Position numbers and translations under genes: made by a program. Shown piece by piece: positions 26,511 through 35,266 of a DNA stretch of 40,165 nucleotides. The stretch comes from Alistipes sp. (GTDB lineage Bacteria; Bacteroidota; Bacteroidia; Bacteroidales; Rikenellaceae): NCBI GenBank assembly GCA_045592005.1, contig JAZNTY010000108.1, positions 1 through 40,165 of the forward strand, given 5' to 3'. Below the pieces are notes generated by a model. It was not told the origin of the DNA, did no database searches, and saw nothing but the letters and a program-made list of their open reading frames with translations. The stretch's first letter is position 1, and the number at the start of each line of letters is the position of its first letter.

Positions 26511-26577
26511 TTTTTCTTAAGATTGTATTTAGGTTAAACTACTTAAAATATCAATTTGATTGTGTCTCCATTCATTG

Positions 26578-26635
26578 CAAAGGTACTAAATAATTATGTA
26601 AATTTGTACGATTTGCAAAAAAATTGTTATCTTTG
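26578..26635. promoter_or_regulatory. Divergent -7 elements (TACCTTTG on -, TATCTTTG on +)
   Basis: Matches at 26578-26585 (-) and 26628-26635 (+). Confidence 0.55.
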
Positions 26636-26707
26636 CCCTATATATTGCACATAGTGTTGCTTATAAGTGCCCGTCAAACCACTTATAATCAACCATTAAT
26701 TTTTTTG

Positions 26708-27880
26708 ATGATGGAAAATACTCAGTCATTTTTTGATGACATTCGTGCCTATCATGACGAGGAGATACCTGCAGTGGTGGAGAAGATAGCTTCTGACCCA
26801 CTGCTTATCCCTGCGGCACAGTTTGTCTTCCCAAATTTGGATATTGAGCAGGTGCGTACTCTTATTAGCTCCTGCCGCACTTCTGATGATATTCAGCGTA
26901 AGATAATGTATCCAGCTATTGGTGGTATTATCCACCGTACGATGCGTAATTTTACTACATCGGGCTGTGAGAATGTCCCTGCCACAAATGGCTATCTGTT
27001 TGTATCCAACCACCGTGATATCACTCTGGATGCTATGCTGATGCAGTACGCACTATTTGGTAACGACCTTCCAACAACAGATATCTCATTAGGAGATAAT
27101 CTATTGCGTACGCCTTTGGTCTTTGAGATTTGTAAGGCTAACTACATGATTAAGGTTATCCGCAAGGATGATGTATCGATGCGTGAATTTTTGGAGAACT
27201 CTCGACACCTATCAGAGTATATTCGCCACCGCATTAACGATGTAGGTCGCTCAGTATGGATTGCTCAGCGCAATGGAAGGACAAAGGATGGTGTAGATAT
27301 GACCGAGCCTGGAATTATCAAGATGTTTGGTCTCAGCGGCTCAAACGACTTTGTCGAGAACTTCAGCCAGATACACATTGCCCCTGTAGCTATCAGCTAC
27401 CAATATGAGCCTTGCGATGTATTTAAGGCTGTAGAGCTCTGCCGTCGCAGCAGTGGTCAGCCATATCACAAAGCTGAAAATGAGGACTTCCTGAGTATCC
27501 TTACGGGCATCAAGGCTTACAAGGGCGACACAAACCTCAGCTTCTGCAAGCCTATTACCACCGAAGAGTTGGAACAGGTGGCAACGCTCTCGCGCGGCGA
27601 GCAGTGTAAGGCTCTTGCCGAGATTATAGACAAACGAATTATCTCGGAGTACAAGCTCTTTGACACAAACTACATCGCCTATGATATCAAGCATGGTACA
27701 CGCCGCTTTGAGAAGTATTACTCTTCGGCTACAGAGCAGCAGTTCGCCCTCCACTTGGTGCGTTCAAATGCGCAGTTTGAGGTTATGGGTGTAGATAAAG
27801 ATGCTGCACGCGATATACTACTCGGCATATACGCTAATCCTGTAGAGGCAAAACTGAACTTGGGTATAAATATTGATTAG
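26708..27880 (+). CDS. Glycerolipid acyltransferase (PlsC-like)
   Basis: SNHRDITLD (HxxxxD), WIAQRNGRTKDG, ISYQYEPCD. ATG at 26708 or 26711. Confidence 0.88.
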   Translation: MMENTQSFFDDIRAYHDEEIPAVVEKIASDPLLIPAAQFVFPNLDIEQVRTLISSCRTSDDIQRKIMYPAIGGIIHRTMRNFTTSGCENVPATNGYLFVSNHRDITLDAMLMQYALFGNDLPTTDISLGDNLLRTPLVFEICKANYMIKVIRKDDVSMREFLENSRHLSEYIRHRINDVGRSVWIAQRNGRTKDGVDMTEPGIIKMFGLSGSNDFVENFSQIHIAPVAISYQYEPCDVFKAVELCRRSSGQPYHKAENEDFLSILTGIKAYKGDTNLSFCKPITTEELEQVATLSRGEQCKALAEIIDKRIISEYKLFDTNYIAYDIKHGTRRFEKYYSSATEQQFALHLVRSNAQFEVMGVDKDAARDILLGIYANPVEAKLNLGINID

Positions 27881-27885
27881 TCACT

Positions 27886-28338
27886 ATGAAAAAGTTTTGG
27901 ACCATCGCCGTGCTATTACTCTTAGTCGTGGGCGCCGGCGCATTTTATTTCCGCTTCTACTTCGTCTTTGGCGAAGGTGTAAAGAGTGGAGAACTTAATT
28001 ATGTTGTAAAAAAGGGCGTACTATTTAAGACCTATGAGGGCAAACTGATACAATCAGGAATACGCTCTAAAGCAGCAGGCTCTATACAGTCATATGAGTT
28101 CGAGTTCTCTATAGAGGATAAACAGATAGCCGAGCGCCTGATGCTTGAGGGTGGCAAGGTCGTAGAACTTAGATACAAGGAGTACTTCGGAGCACTCCCA
28201 TGGCGAGGCTTTACAAAGTATATCGTCGACAGCATTATTACCCACGACACTCCTGCCCTGCCAGAGGCATCTATTTTGCCGGAACAGGTTCAGACCTCGA
28301 CAGCACAACCAACTGAACAATTGCAACTGACAGAGTAA
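27886..28338 (+). CDS. Conserved hypothetical membrane-anchored protein
   Basis: N-terminal TM, GVKSG.L..V.KKG..FKTYEG, LPWRG. Confidence 0.75.
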   Translation: MKKFWTIAVLLLLVVGAGAFYFRFYFVFGEGVKSGELNYVVKKGVLFKTYEGKLIQSGIRSKAAGSIQSYEFEFSIEDKQIAERLMLEGGKVVELRYKEYFGALPWRGFTKYIVDSIITHDTPALPEASILPEQVQTSTAQPTEQLQLTE

Positions 28339-28343
28339 TAGGA

Positions 28344-28448
28344 ATTGTGTGGGGGGGGTCTCCACACAGTAAAAAAGCACCGACAAAGAGCTGTACTACA
28401 GTCTATTGCCGGCGCTTTTTGTTAGTGGCAGCATATTTGCTGCCACTA
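28344..28448. terminator. Three consecutive stem-loops between convergent genes, including the probable nrdJ terminator
   Basis: Stems at 28344-28370, 28372-28420 (fully paired with G-U on the - strand, followed by T6) and 28423-28448 (perfect 11 bp). Confidence 0.7.
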
Positions 28449-28460
28449 TAATACACAATA

Positions 28461-30998
28461 CTATCCGCACTTAGAGTAACCACAACTCATACAAGTCAGA
28501 CAGCCATTTTGATAAGCCATTTGCTCCTGACCACATTGTGGACACTTGCCCTTTGAGCGGGTACCATCCTCAATATACTGCTTAAGAGCGCGCTTAACAC
28601 CATTTTTCCAAGTGTTGATATTCTCATCATCAAGGTGCAGACCGTCAATGAGCGAAACAACCTTATCAATAGGCATATTATAACGAAGCACACCTGAGAT
28701 AAGCTTTGCGTAGTTCCAGAAGCTCTCGTTAAAGAGGCGCGATATACCACCGATTGTATTTGTATAGCCGTAGCGGTCAGTATACTGGAAGTCATAGCGC
28801 TTTGTACCATCCTCCTCGCGAACCTTAAGGATATTACCCTTAGTAATCTTTGGTGGGATATACATTGCATCATCCTCAATCTTACCTGTAAAGATTTCAT
28901 ACGGATGCCCCTCATGCAAACCGATAAAGGCAATCCAATCCTCCTTACCATTCTTAAAACGGACAACCTCAGCAGGCAGTGACTTTGGTCGGCGATTAGA
29001 CTGTGTTGGTTCCTCGCACTTTGGCTGCTCCTTCTTTGATTTCTTGTCTACAAGCACACCGGCACGACAGCCGTCGCGATATACAGTAACACCCTTACAT
29101 CCGCACTCCCACGCGGTACGATATACATCAGCGACAAGCTCTTCAGAGACATTATTTGGAAGGTTAACAGTAACGGAGATTGAGTGGTCTACCCACTTTT
29201 GGATAGCACCCTGCATACGCACCTTTGCTACCCAATCAATATCATTAGCAGTAGCACGGTGGTAAGGAGATGCATCTACCCAGCGCTGAAGTTCTTCATC
29301 CGAGATAGTCTGAAGACGAGAGGTGTCATAGCCATTAATATTGAGCCAATCGACAAACTTATGATGATAGACATTATACTCCTCAAAAGCCTGACCCTGC
29401 TCGTCAATAAATGTTGCAACGACATTTTTATCTGAAGGGTTAATCTTACGGCGGCGCTTATATACCGGACGGAATACAGGCTCGATACCCGAAGTGGTCT
29501 GCGACATAAGCGAGGTGGTGCCGGTAGGAGCAATAGTAAGCATAGCGATATTACGACGACCATACTTGAGCATATCCTCATACAAACTCTTATCAGCTTC
29601 GCGCAGGCGGGCAATCATAGGGTTATTCTTCTCTTTCTCGGCATCAAAGACACCAAAGGCACCACGGTCACGAGCCATCATTACCGATGCGCGGTAAGCC
29701 TCTACAGCCAATGTCTTATGAACCTCTACAGCGAACTTAAGAGCCTTCTCAGAACCATAACGCAGACCCAAAGCAGCAAGCATATCGCCCTCTGCTGTGA
29801 TACCTAAACCCGTACGGCGACCTTTAAGAGCCATATCCTTAATCTTCTTCCAGAGGTTAATCTCTACCTGACGAACATCCATATCCTCAGGGTCGGACTC
29901 TATCTTATTTAGGATAAGGTCTACCTTCTCAAGTTCGAGGTCGATAATATCATCCATAAGGTGCATAGCCTTATGAACATGCTCCTTAAAGAGGTCAAAG
30001 TTAAAGGTAGCCTCCTTAGTGAACGGCTTCTCTACATAACCATAAAGGTTGATAGCCAACAGACGGCAGCTATCGTATGGACAGAGCGGAATTTCGCCAC
30101 AAGGGTTGGTAGATACGGTTGTAAAACCCTGGTCTGCATAGCAGTCAGGCACCGACTCACGGATGATTGTATCCCAAAAGAGCACTCCAGGCTCAGCAGA
30201 CTTCCACGCGTTATGGATAATCTTACCCCACAACTTGCGAGCATCAATATTCTGCACATACTTAGGCTCAGCAGCATTGATTGGGAACTGCTGGGTATAG
30301 GTACGACCCTCAATAGAGGCACGCATAAACTCGTCGTCAATCTTTATCGACACATTGGCACCGGTAACCTTATTGGTATCGAGCTTAGCGTCAATAAATT
30401 TCTCTGCATCCGGATGCTTAATAGAGAGTGAGAGCATCAACGCACCACGACGACCATCCTGAGCTACCTCACGGGTAGAGTTTGAATAACGCTCCATAAA
30501 CGGAACAATACCTGTCGATGTAAGAGCAGAGTTAAGCACAGGGCTGCCCGCAGGACGAATGTGCGATAGGTCATGACCCACACCTCCACGACGCTTCATC
30601 AGCTGTACCTGCTCCTCGTCCATACGGAAGATTCCGCCATAAGAGTCGGCAGGGTTTCTATGACCGATAACAAAACAATTAGAGAGCGAAGCGACCTGGA
30701 AGTGGTTGCCAATGCCGGTCATAGGACCTCCCTGAGGGATAACATAGCGAAAGTGGTCAAGAAGCTCAAAAATCTGAGCCTTGTTCAAAGGATTAGGATA
30801 CTTGTTCTCAATGCGCTCCAACTCAGAGGCTATACGCTGGTGCATCTGCTCTGGCGTAGACTCGTAGATATTTCCGTAAGAGTCCTTGAGCGCATACTTG
30901 CTAACCCATACGGTTGCAGCCAATTCATCTCCCGCAAAATACTCCTTCGCGGCAGCTACGGCGGCTGCATACTCTACCTTTTTAGGCGATTTATTCAT
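28461..30998 (-). CDS. nrdJ: Class II adenosylcobalamin-dependent ribonucleotide reductase
   Basis: SLSNC, RRGGVG, TNPCGEI, TIAPTGT, DHSISVTVN, KGVTVYRDG, C-terminal CPQC..CMSC. Start MNKSPKK at 30998. Confidence 0.95.
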   Translation of the reverse strand: MNKSPKKVEYAAAVAAAKEYFAGDELAATVWVSKYALKDSYGNIYESTPEQMHQRIASELERIENKYPNPLNKAQIFELLDHFRYVIPQGGPMTGIGNHFQVASLSNCFVIGHRNPADSYGGIFRMDEEQVQLMKRRGGVGHDLSHIRPAGSPVLNSALTSTGIVPFMERYSNSTREVAQDGRRGALMLSLSIKHPDAEKFIDAKLDTNKVTGANVSIKIDDEFMRASIEGRTYTQQFPINAAEPKYVQNIDARKLWGKIIHNAWKSAEPGVLFWDTIIRESVPDCYADQGFTTVSTNPCGEIPLCPYDSCRLLAINLYGYVEKPFTKEATFNFDLFKEHVHKAMHLMDDIIDLELEKVDLILNKIESDPEDMDVRQVEINLWKKIKDMALKGRRTGLGITAEGDMLAALGLRYGSEKALKFAVEVHKTLAVEAYRASVMMARDRGAFGVFDAEKEKNNPMIARLREADKSLYEDMLKYGRRNIAMLTIAPTGTTSLMSQTTSGIEPVFRPVYKRRRKINPSDKNVVATFIDEQGQAFEEYNVYHHKFVDWLNINGYDTSRLQTISDEELQRWVDASPYHRATANDIDWVAKVRMQGAIQKWVDHSISVTVNLPNNVSEELVADVYRTAWECGCKGVTVYRDGCRAGVLVDKKSKKEQPKCEEPTQSNRRPKSLPAEVVRFKNGKEDWIAFIGLHEGHPYEIFTGKIEDDAMYIPPKITKGNILKVREEDGTKRYDFQYTDRYGYTNTIGGISRLFNESFWNYAKLISGVLRYNMPIDKVVSLIDGLHLDDENINTWKNGVKRALKQYIEDGTRSKGKCPQCGQEQMAYQNGCLTCMSCGYSKCG

Positions 30999-31042
30999 AG
31001 TAATATTATATTTATTTAATTGTTTTCCTATAAAGGGCAAAA

Positions 31043-31153
31043 CAGCCCCTCGAAAGGGGCTAATTAATTTTGATATTTCGTACCACAAATGTAGGTATAA
31101 AAGGGGCAAAATTCCAAATTTTATGACCGCTACTTTTTCACAAGTTATTAACA
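31043..31153 (-). promoter_or_regulatory. nrdJ upstream region: UUCG hairpin, -7 element TACATTTG and two DnaA-box-like 9-mers
   Basis: AGCCCCT-TTCG-AGGGGCT (31043-31060), TACATTTG (31086-31093), TTTTTCACA (31134-31142) and TTATTAACA (31145-31153) on the + strand. Confidence 0.5.
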
Positions 31154-31217
31154 CTTGTCAGAAATCTTGCTCCCACATATCTGTAGCGCAGTTTTTCCTT
31201 ATATATTTTTTTGTGAT

Positions 31218-32237
31218 TTATTTTACAATATTTTTAGGTCTCATTTTTGTGACCTCCACAATACGGCGAACAATAGCTGCACGCTGGCGGTCATTGACAA
31301 TATAGTAGCGACGATTAGACTGCTTATCGACAGTAAAATCTGTTATATCTTTCTGGTCCACAGTAACATATCCCTTCTGCGAGAGTGAAGCGTAGCCCTT
31401 ATGACCCTCAACGGCAAACAAGACAGCAGTAGGGTCCCACAGAGGACGATTATACGGCATCTGCGCATAGTAGTGGAAGGATACAACAAGTGGGTGGTTT
31501 TGGCAATAGTCAAATCCTTCATATACGGTTTGGTATGGATAGAGAGTGCTTTTACCCAAAGCAAAATCTGAGAAATACATCGGCACAGGACACTGAGCGA
31601 AGAAACGGACAGCAGCGAAGTGGTCCTTATAGACATTATACTCTTTTTTCTTCTCATGAAAGTTACCCGCCATAATAACAACCTTATCAGCCTTCTGCGC
31701 CATTAGAGCCATACCGTCAAGCGGCGAGTATTCATCACCTTTTGAGCTAAGAAGACGGTCCATATTGGTTGAGAAGCCGACAGTAACAAAGGTTACGCTT
31801 TTATCCGGTTGCTCGGAGAGCAACTTACGGATAAGTTTATAGCCATCTGGCACTGCATCCCAATCGGTAATGGTATGTTTATAGCTGTGTTGCGCCACGG
31901 TATAGTCAGCATAGTTAAGTTTTCTATCTGTGCAGGTATAACCCTCCTCCGGATAAGTCTTAACAATACCCACAGGGATATTTGGATAACCATAGAGGGT
32001 ATTCATAGCATCTATAAACTTCACACTACCACCCTCTCGCTTACTTGATATGATACCCAACAACTCTATGGAGTCCATATCTAAATATTTGTAGAGCATA
32101 TCTAATGCGACAACATCGTCCACATCATTACCCATATCGGTATCGAAAATAATCTTAACAGGTTGCTTTGCCTCAACAGAAATATTGGTAAAAACAGCGC
32201 CCGACAGCAGCAGGATAAGGATAAATAGTTTTTTCAT
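31218..32237 (-). CDS. Inosine-uridine-type nucleoside hydrolase, secreted
   Basis: Signal peptide, IIFDTDMGNDVDD Ca-binding motif, GFSTN, MAG, EYN, WDP. Confidence 0.9.
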   Translation of the reverse strand: MKKLFILILLLSGAVFTNISVEAKQPVKIIFDTDMGNDVDDVVALDMLYKYLDMDSIELLGIISSKREGGSVKFIDAMNTLYGYPNIPVGIVKTYPEEGYTCTDRKLNYADYTVAQHSYKHTITDWDAVPDGYKLIRKLLSEQPDKSVTFVTVGFSTNMDRLLSSKGDEYSPLDGMALMAQKADKVVIMAGNFHEKKKEYNVYKDHFAAVRFFAQCPVPMYFSDFALGKSTLYPYQTVYEGFDYCQNHPLVVSFHYYAQMPYNRPLWDPTAVLFAVEGHKGYASLSQKGYVTVDQKDITDFTVDKQSNRRYYIVNDRQRAAIVRRIVEVTKMRPKNIVK

Positions 32238-32260
32238 AGTTTTATAGGTTTGTTTGCCTA

Positions 32261-32298
32261 CAAAGATAGTTAATTCTCCGAAATATTTGTTACTTTTG
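32261..32298. promoter_or_regulatory. Divergent -7 elements (TATCTTTG on -, TACTTTTG on +)
   Basis: Matches at 32261-32268 (-) and 32291-32298 (+). Confidence 0.55.
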
Positions 32299-32334
32299 TC
32301 ATGAAAATAATCACACTTATCTGTAACACCAACT

Positions 32335-33105
32335 ATGACAGCATTATACCCTCATATAGTCTATGGACCTGTTCGCTCGCGCCGCTTAGGAATATCTCTT
32401 GGCGTAAATCTTCTACCACTACAGGCAAAGCTCTGCACCTTTGACTGCATCTACTGCGAATGCGGGTGGAATGACGACAACAGAGGCTCACGCCGTTTCA
32501 ACACGCGCGAGGAGGTGGCATCTGCACTACAAAGTGCCCTTGCAACTATGGTTAATACTGGAGATATGCCAGATGTGATAACCTTCGCCGGTAATGGAGA
32601 GCCTACAATGCATCCTGACTTTGAGAAGATTATAGAGGATACTATTTCCCTGCGCAATCAATATGTTCCAAAGGCTAAAATCTCAGTACTCAGCAACGCC
32701 ACACAGCTCCACAGAGCAGATGTTGTCCGCGCACTAAAACAAGTGGACAACAATATATTGAAGATTGACGCCATAGACCAACAGCTTGCTGAACTGATAA
32801 ACAAGCCCAACTGCAACTACTCCGTAGCAAAGGTCATTGAGCAACTGAAAACCTTTGAGGGCAAATTTACCCTCCAAACTATGTTCCTGCGTGGCAGCTA
32901 CAACGGCACACCTTTTGACAACACCACCGAAGAACACATCCAAAAGTGGTTAGAGGTTGTAAAACAACTCTCCCCTGCCGCCGTTATGGTCTACTCGCTC
33001 GACCGAAATACTCCTTGCCAAACTCTCGAAAAGGTTCAACAGAACGAATTAAAACAGATTGCGCAACGCGTAATAAATATAGGTATCCCCTGCAATGCAT
33101 TTTAA
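32335..33105 (+). CDS. Radical SAM protein (TYW1-related bacterial family)
   Basis: YGPVRSRRLGISLGVNL, CTFDCIYCEC, TFAGNGEPT. Confidence 0.88.
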   Translation: MTALYPHIVYGPVRSRRLGISLGVNLLPLQAKLCTFDCIYCECGWNDDNRGSRRFNTREEVASALQSALATMVNTGDMPDVITFAGNGEPTMHPDFEKIIEDTISLRNQYVPKAKISVLSNATQLHRADVVRALKQVDNNILKIDAIDQQLAELINKPNCNYSVAKVIEQLKTFEGKFTLQTMFLRGSYNGTPFDNTTEEHIQKWLEVVKQLSPAAVMVYSLDRNTPCQTLEKVQQNELKQIAQRVINIGIPCNAF

Positions 33106-33211
33106 TCGCGTTGTCCGCTATCTTGAACACATATAGTGCCACTTTCTTGAAAAAGCGGTACCCAAAAAACTTACGACAAAGTTCAGTTTCCTTATTTTAA
33201 GGAGCGGATGG

Positions 33212-33964
33212 TTACAAATTCGCTTTAGCTCGCTTTGCCATAGCCGAGGCGAAGACAAAGTCATTAAGCTCTTGATTATCAGCGCACAAAATCTCCTCAT
33301 TTGTTCCCTCCCACCACTTATTACCGCTATGGATATAGACGATTTTTTCGCCAATCTCCATTACAGAGTTCATATCGTGGGTATTGATGATAGTTGTAAT
33401 ACCAAACTCGCGCGTAATACTTTGGATGAGGTTGTCGATAACAATAGATGTTTGCGGGTCAAGACCTGAATTTGGCTCGTCGCAAAAGAGATAGCGCGGA
33501 TTGAGCACTATAGCGCGGGCAATAGCTGCACGCTTAATCATACCGCCCGACAGTTCCGAGGGATATAGATGTGGGGCATGCGAGAGTTCCACACGCTCAA
33601 GACAAAACTCCACACGCTCGCGTTTCTGGGCTTCACTATAGTCGGTAAATAGGTCAAGTGGTAGTTTTACATTCTCAAAGACCGTAGCCGAGTCAATAAG
33701 GGCGCCACCCTGAAAAATCATACCTATGTCTTTACGGATAGCCTTTCGCTGCTTAAAATTCAACGAGGTGTAACACACATCGTCAAAAAAGATATTACCA
33801 CAATCGGGCTCATGTAGACCAACTAAGGTCTTTAGTAGCACAGTCTTACCAGAACCGCTACGACCGATTATAAGATTTGTTTTACCTGTTTCGAAGGTTA
33901 CGCTGATATCATTGAGCACCATACGCCCATCGAAAGATTTGAATATGTTTTCACACTTTATCAT
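33212..33964 (-). CDS. mlaF: ABC transporter ATP-binding protein, MlaF/Mkl type
   Basis: GRSGSGKT, ELSGGM, FCDEPNSGLDP, THD. Adjacent to MlaE. Confidence 0.9.
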   Translation of the reverse strand: MIKCENIFKSFDGRMVLNDISVTFETGKTNLIIGRSGSGKTVLLKTLVGLHEPDCGNIFFDDVCYTSLNFKQRKAIRKDIGMIFQGGALIDSATVFENVKLPLDLFTDYSEAQKRERVEFCLERVELSHAPHLYPSELSGGMIKRAAIARAIVLNPRYLFCDEPNSGLDPQTSIVIDNLIQSITREFGITTIINTHDMNSVMEIGEKIVYIHSGNKWWEGTNEEILCADNQELNDFVFASAMAKRAKANL

Positions 33965-34695
33965 CGCAGCAGTTGGGTTAGGATAAGGTTGAATATCATT
34001 ATCATTATAGAGCTCACTACCACCGCTGTAGTTGAGGCTTTTCCAACCTCCAACGAGTTACCTTTAGCATAGTAGCCATAAAAGCCCGAAATGGATGTTA
34101 TCAAAAAGGCGAAGACGGTCATCTTTATCAGCGAGTAGGTTATCTCCCAGCTGTCAAAGGCATAGAGCAGACCATCCAAATAATCACTTGGCAACATAAC
34201 GCCCATACGGGCAACCAGAAAGCCTCCCAACATACCCACAATCATACTAAAAGCCGCCAAAAACGGAAAGAAAATCATTGTGGCAATAATCTTAGGTAGT
34301 ATAAGGTATGCCGCCGAGTTGACACCCATAATCTCTAAGGCATCAATCTGTTCTGTAATACGCATAGTACCTATCTCTGAAGCGATATTACTACCCACCT
34401 TGCCGGCAAGAATTATAGCTATGACCGTTGAAGAGAACTCCAAAATCATAACCTCCTTTGTAGCGTAACCAATCATCATCTGCGGGATAAACGGCGACTC
34501 CAAACTAATTGACATCTGCAAGGCGATAACAGCACCGATAAATACCGAAATAATAGCTGTGAGCGGTATTGAGCCCACACCCAATTGGTCCATCTCGGCA
34601 ACTACACGCCGATAGTATATACTCCACTTCTCAGGGCGAGAGAAAACCTTGCCCATAAGAATACAATAGCGTCCAAGTGTTGCAAAAAAATTCAT
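33961..34695 (-). CDS. mlaE: MlaE family ABC permease
   Basis: GSNIASEIGTMRITEQIDALEIMG, VGKASTTAVV. Confidence 0.92.
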   Translation of the reverse strand: MNFFATLGRYCILMGKVFSRPEKWSIYYRRVVAEMDQLGVGSIPLTAIISVFIGAVIALQMSISLESPFIPQMMIGYATKEVMILEFSSTVIAIILAGKVGSNIASEIGTMRITEQIDALEIMGVNSAAYLILPKIIATMIFFPFLAAFSMIVGMLGGFLVARMGVMLPSDYLDGLLYAFDSWEITYSLIKMTVFAFLITSISGFYGYYAKGNSLEVGKASTTAVVVSSIMIMIFNLILTQLLR

Positions 34696-34701
34696 AAACC
34701 A

Positions 34702-35049
34702 CTACTCCTCCTTAAAGTCGATATACTCGCCTACATCGTCATTTATGCGTTGCTCCTGCGGAGGAATATGGACCGTAACTTTACCCTCACTCTGAGTAGC
34801 ACGAGGGTCTGTCGAAGATGATGCCCCTCGCTTGTGGGCATCACGAATACGGCTCTCCATATCCTTTTGTACGCGGCGTACACGATACATAAGCACGACA
34901 TAGCCGATAATAGCAAAAATAAGCGGTACAAGTATCAAAATCGCAAAAAAGCCAAACACTCCAGGTGCTGCTACGGCAAGCATAATCACAAAGAGCGTTG
35001 TAAGCGGATTGCGACGAATGATATCATATATTGTTCGTAAAATCTCCAT
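34702..35049 (-). CDS. DUF4834-like membrane protein
   Basis: Two N-terminal TM segments, EGKVTV, C-terminal DVGEYIDFKEE. TATCTTTG at 35078-35085. Confidence 0.75.
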   Translation of the reverse strand: MEILRTIYDIIRRNPLTTLFVIMLAVAAPGVFGFFAILILVPLIFAIIGYVVLMYRVRRVQKDMESRIRDAHKRGASSSTDPRATQSEGKVTVHIPPQEQRINDDVGEYIDFKEE

Positions 35050-35266
35050 AATTCCAAACTTTGCATAGTATGCAACGCAAAGATAGTGAAAATTATTGTA
35101 AGTTGATAGTTTTACAACTTTTTTACAATCAATAGAGGCTTTAAGAACACCTACAGATATGATAAATTTTTCGATATATCCATTGTTTATATAGGTTAAT
35201 CATTGCTATTCGCTTTTTTTTAACTAAATTTGTCGGCTCAAAATTAGAATTCAAATATTTTCGACT

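Noticed and set aside
28351-28358. G8 run as a phase-variation tract
   Set aside because: It lies in a convergent 3' gap within a hairpin, not in a CDS or promoter.
28461-30998. Intein or intron in nrdJ
   Set aside because: About 845 aa with contiguous TNPCGEI and other motifs; no splicing or homing-endonuclease signatures.
31082-31186. NrdR boxes or a cobalamin riboswitch upstream of nrdJ
   Set aside because: ACCACAAATGTAGGT fits the NrdR consensus poorly and is explained by the -7 element. No B12-box motifs and too little space.
33136-33202. Short matches to the SpCas9 tracrRNA (TTAAAATAAGG and AAAGTGGCAC on the - strand)
   Set aside because: Only 10-11 nt each, with wrong spacing and no anti-repeat, cas gene or array in the window. 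Both are explained by local hairpins.
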